From: Callorhinchus milii
Lineage: Eukaryota
Reading direction: 5' to 3'
DNA length: 64,000 bases
Assembly: GCF_018977255.1 (NCBI RefSeq)
Contig: NW_024704743.1
Coordinates: 50,160,001-50,224,000, forward strand
Each line of letters opens with the position of its first letter. Position 1 is the first letter of the stretch. Under the pieces are notes generated by a model. The model saw only the letters and a program-made list of their open reading frames with translations, had not been told where the DNA came from and ran no database searches. Shown piece by piece: positions 54,826-64,000 of this stretch. Both the position numbers and the translations under genes were made by a program.

Positions 54826-55040
54826 TCAGAAGTCGCTGGGAACACTCAGCAGGTCAGGCAGCATCTATAGAGAAAGGAAGTGAGTCAATGTTTCGGGTCC
54901 ACGACCTATCGTCAGAACAGACAAAGGATCGTGGACCCGAAACGTTGACTCACTTTCCTTTCTCCATAGATGCTGCCTGACCTGCTGAGTGTTACCAGTG
55001 ACTTCTGTTTTTCTTTCAGGTTTCCAGCATCTGCGGTATT
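54826..55040. mobile_element. Palindromic Penelope-type terminal fragment (inverted arms of about 80 bp)
   Basis: CAGAAGTC..ACACTCAGCAGGTCAGGCAGCATCTAT..GTTTCGGGTCCACGA and its reverse complement TCGTGGACCCGAAACG..ATAGATGCTGCCTGACCTGCTGAGTGT..GACTTCTG. Confidence 0.7.
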
Positions 55041-55177
55041 TTGCATTTTGATCCTAATCAATTTGTTAGCTCTGTAGTTAATCCAGTTGTCGCATTATTG
55101 CACATTGAAACTTTTTAAAAAAGGAGATTTCCCAAAGATCTTGTAGATAAAATTACCATCTACTGAGCATTTGGGAT

Positions 55178-55590
55178 AAGCCTGGCTCAGTTGGTAGCCC
55201 TGTCACCTGTGAGTTAGAAGGTCATGGGTTCAAGCCCCATATCAGGACTTCTGAGTTTACAGTCTTGGATGACACTCCATGGGGATGTGCTGCATTGGCA
55301 AAGGTGCCATCTTTAGATGAGATGTCAAATCAAAGTCCCATCTACCTGTTCAGGTGGACATTAAAAATCCCATTACACCATTTGCAAAGAGAAGGGAATT
55401 TCTCCCAGCGTCATTGCCAGCAATCCCCCAAATAAAAGCAGCCATTCACTTCATGGATGTTTGTGGGACATTTCTGTGTGCAAATTCGTTGCTGCATTTG
55501 CCCACAAAATACACAGACACTTTACAGTAAAATGCTTTGAGATGACCTCCGATGTGAGAGGAATTATATCAAAAGCAAGAATTGTTATTA
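55178..55590 (+). mobile_element. Deu-type SINE copy
   Basis: GCCTGGCTCAGTTGGTAGC...GGGTTCAAGCCC...GGTGCCATCTTTAGATGAGATGTCAAA, then the tail. Confidence 0.75.
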
Positions 55591-56330
55591 TGAGCCATGG
55601 CTGCATTTCAAGCCTCTAGTGCTTTTACACAACCTGTGGATCATAATGTTCCTTGCATGGGTAGTCAGCTCATTCTCATACTTGAGATGATTTCAGGATG
55701 CTCAGAGATGTAATGTGTGAAGCATCATTACATTTTTTTGTGAACTTCCTGGTGTCTGACCTAAATTTGCCCTTGATAACCTTTCCCATTATCTGAAACC
55801 ATTGATCTGAGTAGTTTTTCAGTCCTATTTTACAACTTGAATTCTCCTCTAGGACATTCTCTTCAGGACCGAACATTTCTATCTTATCTAATCATTCCTA
55901 ATTACGACTTACTACAGCGTGTGAGTTAAAGACACCATTAGCAAGGCAGCCTTTGCACCCTTTGATTAAGTAGCTGGAATGGACAATGAAGCCAAGAGGT
56001 AAGAAGAGCACATTAGAACATTGCAAGGATTCACCATCCTGAGAGAGAACTGCACAGGAGGTCAAAGCCATGTTGTACAGTTTCTATAGTAATTCCACTT
56101 ATGTGGATTTGTCTCCAAGCTCACTCTACCCATAGAGCTTGACCTGCTGTTGCTTTATTCTATTTGATGAATAAATATTCATCAGATAATTATCATCAAA
56201 TGCTGGTACATTTTCAAGTACGTCCACTAGAATTCTATTAGGTTCCTAAGAACAGTGTGATCTTCTTCGGTTAGTAAGCTTATTTTATTCTTCCTGGTAA
56301 AAAACCCCCACAGTCAATCCACTCTACAGT

Positions 56331-56652
56331 AATAATAATAATAATAATAATCCTTGCATTTGATATAGCGCTTTTCACGTCGGGAGGACGTCCCAAAGCG
56401 CTTCACAGAACACACTGTAAAGTGAATTGATTGTATATTTGTGGGCGAACGCGGCAGCCAATTGCGCACAGCAATGTCCCACAAACAGTCATGGATTGAA
56501 AATGACCAATTTATTATTGTTTTTGGTTTTAGAGGGGTTATTATTAGGCGTGTGGAGTAAGGAAACTTGCCCAAGGTTTCGCCCTGCCTGGAATTGAACT
56601 CAGGTCTCTCGCTTGCAAAGCGAGTACTCTAACCACTGAGCTACAGGACTCC
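56331..56652 (-). mobile_element. Full-length tRNA-derived SINE (tRNA-Ala(TGC)-like head, LINE-like 3' tail, (ATT)n end)
   Basis: The minus strand reads GGAGTCCTGTAGCTCAGTGGTTAGAG (A box)...CTTTGCAAG...GAGTTCAATTCC (B box)...GCGCTTTGGGACGTCCTCCCGACGTGAAAAGCGCTATATCAAATGCAAGG(ATT)n. Confidence 0.9.
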
Positions 56653-59600
56653 ATGTGTGAAGCACTTTGAGACAGCTCAATGACATGATAAGGCACTATA
56701 TCAAATGCAAGGATGATTATTGTTATTTAAAAAGAGGGATAATTTTATTTGAAAACAAACCTGGAATTTTTTCACCCCTCACCCATCAGGTATGTGGGCA
56801 ATGCTTTTTAACTTTGAATTAAGCTAAGGCAGTACCATCATAAGCCATAAGTTCAAGGTTGTGAAAGACAATTTTTGGACAGGCACCAGGAGATATTCTT
56901 TACACAACTGGAATGGGTTTCCAGGAAGTGTGATAAAGGTCAGCTGGAGACTGGACATATTTAAGGAACATATTGATCCTGTGATAAAGAAGAGGCTTGG
57001 AGGATTGATAATCTGGAAGGATGAGATCAAATGGAATGAACAATCCTGCTTCTTTTAACTTTCAAAAGATTGAGCAAACCCCCGCCTAGAAAGATATTTT
57101 TAATATAGGGACCATTGGGACAATCAGCAAGTTCATCCTGGCAGCTATTGTTCACTTGCAGTTCTGCTGACTGTGTCAAGAGAAGCATTGACACAGGCAT
57201 GGTGTCGGTTAACATTCCACCTTGCATTCTGCAGACGCAGAATGTTAAATGTACTAAATAATAACTACAGCCATGTCCCATAGTCATGGAGTGAATGATC
57301 AATTTTATTTGGGGGATTGTTGGCCAGGACTCCGGGAGAAACTCCCTTCTCTTTATACTGGGAATTTTGTCCACATCTCCACAAAAGTTAAGTTTACAAT
57401 CTTGCCAAGAGTTTTACGTTTAAACAAATGCCCCCCAGGCCTATACACTCCATGTCAATAGCCTGCTTACATCTGTGCCTCTTATCAGTTTTAAGGTCAT
57501 GGACCATGCTGATTCTCAATCTTCTCTGATGAAATTGGTGCAAATGATTGACCAAAATAGTCTGCACTCCAGTCCCACTCCTCAAACTCTTGGCTCCACT
57601 CCAACTTGTTTGTCCTTTTGTATGAGTTTATTCAAGGTCTTTGTGAGACATGTCATGAAACAGGTTATTTTGCCCCAAAACATGTCAAGGTTTCCCCTCA
57701 GCATTGTCAAGGTGACCGGATGATACACTTCAATTGTTTGGCTTGGATGTCATTGTGGATAGAGTTGCTGAGGTTGAAGGAATCAGTGTGGTGCCTGTTT
57801 GGTCTAAAAGGAAAAGTAAATATGTTCCTTCCTAAACATTAGGAAGGAGCTGTGGGTCTTTGACTTGCTTTTATTGTTTCTCATTTAGCTACAAGAAATC
57901 ATGCAATTTTTCTTTAGGGAATAATTGACTGGCAGAAGCACGGCATGATTGACACACACATTACATAGGGAGTTCATCTCTCTGATAGCAATTTGTCTGC
58001 TCCTGAGAAGGACAGGGAGGTCTCCAGGGAGGAAGATAGCAGCTTTTCATTGTTTCAGGTCCATTTTTTGCACCAGGTAGAATCATAACTATTTTTAACC
58101 ATATTATACAAAATAAGCTTTTTGGTATCCAGGGAAGGATCACCAAGTTTTGTATTTGTCTTTTACTTTAAGTTCAGTCTATTTAAACAACAACAACTTG
58201 CATTTATTTAGCAGCCCTCATGCAGGGTAGCGTCCCAGAGCATTTGACAGCGGTGGAGCACATTTATTAAACAATAAATAGTAAATAATCCTCACACTCG
58301 ATATTGCGCCTCTCACATCAGGAGGACGACTCAAATTGCTTCACAGAATTTGCTGTATAGTGTAGTGACGTGTACTTTTGTAGGCGAATGGCATCAGAAA
58401 CTCTGGGTGCAATGTATGGTGATACATTCTACTAGAGTATATTCAAACATTTGACATCTGCTGCTATTTTAGTCTGCCCTCTACTGCAAATGGAGAGGTA
58501 ATAGAGTGTGATTTTGTGAGCTTTACTAAAGATTTTGTAAATAGCTGACTCACTAGAAATTTACTCAGAGGCTTTCCTCCGACCCATTTGCGAAGTCCAG
58601 GATCAAGCAGTGAGGTGGATTTGTGGTAAATGGGAGAAGCGACTGCAGGAAGCGAGGGCTCTGGCCTACACTGACTTGTCACTGCTCACCCTGGAGGTGG
58701 AATTGGCTTCACAGCCAGCAAGTCTGTTTGCCAAAAAAACTCACATGAGGACCTGGATTAAGCAGCTGGTGCTGAGTAAGCCTGGTACATGTCATCGGAC
58801 TTGGATCTCGAGCCTGTCACATGCTGTCTTCATAAGGTGCTATGAATTGCATCTTGTTCTTTTTTTAAACCAGCCTCTTGGAAGTTGAAACTGAGATGTG
58901 AAGCCTAGAGGGTGGGCCTGAGTCACCCTGGATACCTGCAGGTTTCATTATTTCCGGATCCTTTAGTGAATATTGATCTCGTACACTATAACCCAGCTAG
59001 CCTGACCAATGGGGGGACGGGGGAAATCCAATCCACCGAGCCAGAATTTCCAGCTAAGTGTAATTGCGATGGTGGTACTGGCATTTCCTGACATTTTTCA
59101 GTTGCCAAAAAAGACCAGTGAATGCGAGTGCTAGCATTGTAATTGTTTGAATCCCCCGAGCAGAGGATAGTGAATAAGCTGTCTTCTGCTCATGGGATTC
59201 AAAATGAGTCAAAGGCACTATTCCTGCCCGGCCATTGAAAGCCAGCTGCACTGTGAGGAGGGGTCATGCAGGAAGAGATCGGGAGTTAATATGTGGCCTG
59301 CGGAAATTTTATACTCGCAGAATTATTTTTTATTAAATTTTGTTTCGGGCCCTTTCTAGCTAGGTACAAATTCCAGATACTTGTCAAGCACTTTCAGTGA
59401 AAGACGCCATATCAAAGGTAAGGATTATTTCACCTGGATTTGTTGAACTCTCCCTTGCTGGGATGCTCAATTTCCAAAATCTCCTGGTGAAAGACAGATT
59501 TACTGTAATCCTCCAAAGTATGCTTTTGTCAATCTGAGCAAATTTATGGAAGTTCACATCCAAAACATTCACCTATGACCTATCGTTCTCTTTCAGATGT

Positions 59601-61077
59601 TGATGGACCTGCTGTTAGTCATTTCCAGCATTCCTGTTTGTGTTTGAGAAAGCCTTGAGCTGTGCCTCTTGATGTGTGACGAGTCTGACAGTGTTAACTG
59701 ATGCCTGGAAGTTTACAAAGTTAAATAGGAATGTACAGGGATGGGAACGACTATTGGGATCCCATTCGACTGGTCCCACTGTAAAAACAAACAAATAAAT
59801 AAGTAATGTTTGTTCCACGTATCCACTCTTGTGAGAATAATATTCTTTGAAACTGAAGTGCTGCCAGAGACATTTTAAACTTTAAACCTACTTTAATGTC
59901 TTTCATGTTAAGTAGCCTTCTTACAGGCAAAAATGTACAGTCAATTCACTTTACAGTATATTCTGTGAAGCAGTTTGAGATGTCTAGAAGATGTGAAAAG
60001 CATTCTATCAAATGCAAGGATTATTATTATTATTGTTTTTATTACCTTCCCCACTTATAATCTGTATTTTAAAGAGTACCATTGATGCCCTCAGACAGCA
60101 CAAACATAGAAGAACGTTTCTCCCCCTTGTGGGCATATGAAACCAATTGGAGCTTGTGACAGCTGAAATCACATTTGGCTAATTCTGTTTTTCTCCCGAA
60201 GTCCAGTAAGATCATAACTGCATTTGCAAAGTTAAGTCAGTATCCGGTGACGCGGAACTCTCTAATGCTTCCCTGCACCTTGTCCTCCTCCTTTGCCCAT
60301 CTTCAGATCACACCTGATGATCTTCCTCTTCGACCATGCCTTCGGTCACCTACCACTCTCTCCCTGGCTTGGTCTCAAGTTTCACCACGGTCAGACTTTC
60401 GAGACACAAATTGTTGTTGTTGCTTCAGTCAGCATCAGCAGTGGCAGCTGCTGAACTCTCCAGGTCTGCTCTTCAGCTACAACCATTGTGCTGATGTAAT
60501 GGGGGGGCGTGAAAGTTTGATCCCCTTGGCCAGTCGATAATTATCCATTGACTGGACTGGAATTTTGGTCCAATTTTACATTGGGTGTTGCATTCTTCAC
60601 TTCATTGTTGCTGAAGGTTTCCCACATTATTTAATGTGACCCAAAGGATTGCTTAGCGACATTGGCCCATGTGGACTCCCGTGGCCTGTGCAGGCCCAGT
60701 AGGTGTTGAGGAACAAGTCACAAAATTAAAGCAGTAAAGCTTTGTCTGCAATGTGTGTCAGTGCAGTTCAATTAGTAGGACACTCGCTTGCTGAGTCAGA
60801 AGGACACCAGAACCTGAGCTCCTAATCCTGTGTGGTTCTATTAGCTACCTGTTGTCAGATGCAATTTTATTACATAACTTGCATGCAGTGAAAATGAACA
60901 TCACAGAGATACTTTTAGCCATGGTTTTTAGTACATCTTATTGTCATTTCTATGCTGCACAGTGCCATTTGTCTCACAAAAAACACTTTTTACCATTGCC
61001 CTTTATTCTGCCGCTTGCTGCTTGCAACACAACCAGCACATCATCCCAAATGGGATGAAGAAGTTTATACAGCGAAG

Positions 61078-61508
61078 GATAATAATAATTGATTTGATAT
61101 AGTGCCTTATCATATCATCAAGTCATCTCAAAGTGCTTTACAGGATATACTGTAAAGTGATGTGACCGTGTGTATTTTGTGGCTGAATGCGGCAGCCAAT
61201 TTGTACACAGCAATGTCCCATAAGCAACCATGGAGTGAATGACCAATTTTATTTGGGGGATTTTTAACCGAGACACCGGGAGAAACTCCCTCCTCTTTTC
61301 GAATAGCACTGTGGGATTTTTAACCGCATCTGTACAGGCAGACGGGACCTCAAGTTAACCTCTTATCTGAAGGACGGAACCTCCAACCATGCACCACACC
61401 CCCAGTGCTGCATTGGAGTGTCAACTTAGACAATATTTCCCAACGTGGTGCTTGAACCCACAATCTTCTGATTCAGAAGGACGAGTGCCTCCAACTGAGC
61501 CAGACTGA
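61078..61508 (-). mobile_element. Deu-domain-type SINE (SacSINE/AmnSINE-like core) with the same LINE-like tail
   Basis: Minus head TGGCTCAGTTGG...CTTCTGAATCAGAAG..GTGGGTTCAAG, Deu-like core (ACTCCAATGCAGCACTG...CCTTCAGATAAGAGG) and ATCAAAT..ATTATT tail. Related copies at about 7125-7530(-), 17060-17385(-), 31507-31890(+), 41160-41560(-), 49598-49995(-), 51750-52268(-) and 55178-55590(+). Confidence 0.75.
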
Positions 61509-61639
61509 CACATAAATCAGGCCAACTCATTTCAGGATGCAGCATTCCAGTGCCAAATTTCTTGATGAAAATTACACAGTTTTTTTTTAACCATAGAAAA
61601 TGAAAATGTGGTTTGGGTGATGTAGATTCAAATACTCCC

Positions 61640-63050
61640 CTGCACAAAAAGGGGCAGAAGGATAAACCTGAGAACTACAGGCCAATCAGCCTAACATCAG
61701 TAGTAGGGAAACTTCTGGAGACTATAATCCGGGACAATATAAATTCTCACTTAGAAAAATATGGTTTAATAAAGGACAGTCAACACGGATTTGTTAAAGG
61801 CAGATCGTGTCTGACAAACCTAATAGAATTTTTTGATGAAGTGACTGAGAGGGTGCATGAAGGTAGTGCAGTAGATGTAGTTTATCTAGATTTTCAAAAG
61901 ACATTTTGAAATAGAAACAAAATAGAACAAAATATAAACAAAACAGAAGCCCATGATATTAAAGGGACTGTGGCAACATGGGTCCAGAACTGGCTAGGAG
62001 ACAGAAAGCACAGAGTGGTAGTAAACAGTTGCTTTTCTGACTGAAGGAAGGTGTGTAGTGGTATCCTTCAGGGGTCGGTATTGGGACCACTGCTCTTCCT
62101 GATCTATATTAATGATCTGGACCTGGATATAGGGAGCACAATTGCCAAATTTGCAGATGATACTAAGTTAGGAAAAGTAGTTAATGGTGAGCAGGATAGC
62201 ACCAGACTCCAAGAGGACTTACAGATTGGTAAAATGGGCAGAAACGTGGCAGATGAGGTTTAATGTGGAGAAATGCGAAGTGTTGCCTTTTGGTAGGAAG
62301 AATGAGGAGAGGCAATATAAGCTAAATGGTGCAATCTTGAAGGGGCCAAATGAACAGAGAGACCTGAGGATCCACATAAGCAAATCTCTGACGGTGGCAG
62401 GACAGGTAGATAAAGCTGTTAAAAAAGCATATGGGATACTAGGTTTTATAAATAGGGGCATAGAATTCAAACGTCAGGAGATCATGTTGAATATTTATAA
62501 AATGCTGGTTAGGCCTCAGTTAGAGTACTGCATTCAGTTCTGGGCACCGCACTTCAGGAAAGATGTTAGGGCATTGGAGAGGGTGCGAAGGAGGTTTACC
62601 ATGATGGTACCAGGAATGAAAGACCTTAGTTATGAGGAGAGGTTAGCGAAACTAGGATTATTCTCCCTAGAGCAGAGAAGATTAAGAGGGGATTTAATAG
62701 AGGTTTTCAAGATCATGAGAGGATTTGATAGGTTGAATCTGTTTACACTGGCATGTGGGTCAGTAACTGGAGGACACTGATTTAAGATAGTTGCTAAAAG
62801 AAACTGAGAGGTTACGAAAAAAATTTCACTCAGCGAGTTGTTCGGATCTGGAATGCATTACCTGAAAGGGTAGTGGAAGCCAAATCAATAATAACTTTTA
62901 AGAGAGAAGTAGATGGGTATTTGGGAAGAACAAGATTTCAGGGCTATGTAGAGAAAGTGGGTCAGTGGGATTGAGTTGGATTGCTCTTTTTGGAGCAGGA
63001 GCAGACACGATGGGCCGAATGGCCTCTTTCTGTGCTGTATGAGTCTATGA
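61640..63050 (+). mobile_element. CR1 LINE, 5'-truncated and degenerate RT
   Basis: KKGQKDKPENYRPISLTSVVGKLLE, QHGFVKGRSCLTNL, YLDFQK, QGSVLGPLLFLIYINDL, KFADDTKL and RPQLEYCIQFWAP, broken by stops and frameshifts. 3' end GGGCCGAATGGCCT...CTATGA. Confidence 0.95.
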
Positions 63051-64000
63051 AATCCAAGATTAACTTGGTGAGATTTGAATTTGTTTTGGTCAGTCAGGTC
63101 TCTTGACACTTGCGGAATACCATCACCATGCCTTAAAGTATCCAAACAAGACTGAGAGATCCACAGATGTATAGATATTTCCCTGTGTCTGGAACAAAGT
63201 GCGACTGGAAAAGAGAGATGTAAATGTAATGAAGGTAAGAAAGATTGGCGCTTCTAAGTTCCAAGAGAACATTTTAGAAACATTAAAACTTCTTCAAGTG
63301 CCTCACAGTAATTACTGTCATGGTGTAGTGACTGTTTTGTCGGCAAATCGAATAGTCCCACAAACCATTTGACATATCATGTATCAGGCACCAGACTGTA
63401 GATCTCCCTGGTAAATCAGCCGAAGTGGCTCATCAAGGTACTGCAGAGGCACAGCACAATGACACAACAGAATGCAGAGAGTCGCATGCAATTGTATATA
63501 AGATGAGCAAGTCTCTAATCTTAATCAGGTCTGTCTCAGTGAGGTAGTTAAACTGTATGGCTTCAGTAAGGCCAGCTCTTGCACTCCAACCTGTGGCTGA
63601 ATACACTGGTAGAGACTTCCAAACCGTTCATCTGCAAAACACTTGGGAGGGTGGAAAAGAGAAGGAAAATAGCTTTCAAAAGGTTAAAAAAATTAGACCG
63701 TGGTTAATTAAGTTACATGTCACAACACTCATTTATGAATTGCATCTGCCTTATGGCTTGAGGGCCATTTTATTTTACTGAAAGCAATAGTTTGTTGTTT
63801 CATGCCTTTAAGAAATGCTCTGTACTTGAATGATAGTTAATGTGGCAATGCAGCCAACCTGAATGCAAACGCAGAAATCTTTAAGCTATGGCATGATCTG
63901 GACATACTCTTACAACTATTTCTCAGAGGCAAGGTGGGATTCAAGAATAAGTCACACCCAGGAGCAGGTTAAAAAGAGCATTTATTTGCTGTCAAATATG

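Noticed and set aside
56580..56652. Possible tRNA-Ala gene
   Set aside because: It is the head of a SINE: no proper acceptor stem or terminator, and it continues into the SINE body in multiple copies.
61613..62780. Active CR1 reverse transcriptase
   Set aside because: 5'-truncated with no endonuclease, and interrupted by stops and frameshifts.
41100..64000. Exons of a further gene (UBE2QL1 is the next coding gene on this side in human)
   Set aside because: No recognisable exon or UBC-domain peptide was found by eye. The ORFs here are repeat-derived or short random ones.

Overview
This is eukaryotic vertebrate genomic DNA, probably from a cartilaginous fish (inferred from the repeat content). 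It holds two complete, divergently transcribed genes in the head-to-head arrangement known from mammals. SRD5A1 (steroid 5-alpha-reductase 1) is on the minus strand: 5 coding exons, 9932->144, about 272 aa. NSUN2 (tRNA m5C methyltransferase) is on the plus strand: 19 coding exons, 16728->40373, about 795 aa. All introns were read as GT-AG and the frames join. The 6.8-kb ATG-to-ATG interval has two CpG-rich islands and several simple or tandem arrays. The most striking is an 8(+1)-copy, 62-71 bp minisatellite just upstream of SRD5A1, where each unit carries an E2F-like site, a CCAAT box and an ETS core. The rest of the window is introns and intergenic DNA filled with tRNA-derived and Deu-type SINEs, L2 and CR1 LINE fragments, a rearranged non-LTR element of unclear clade, and Penelope-type fragments with minimal hammerhead-ribozyme motifs. 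No gene was recognised after about 41.1 kb. Most long ORFs in the ORF track are low-complexity artefacts.
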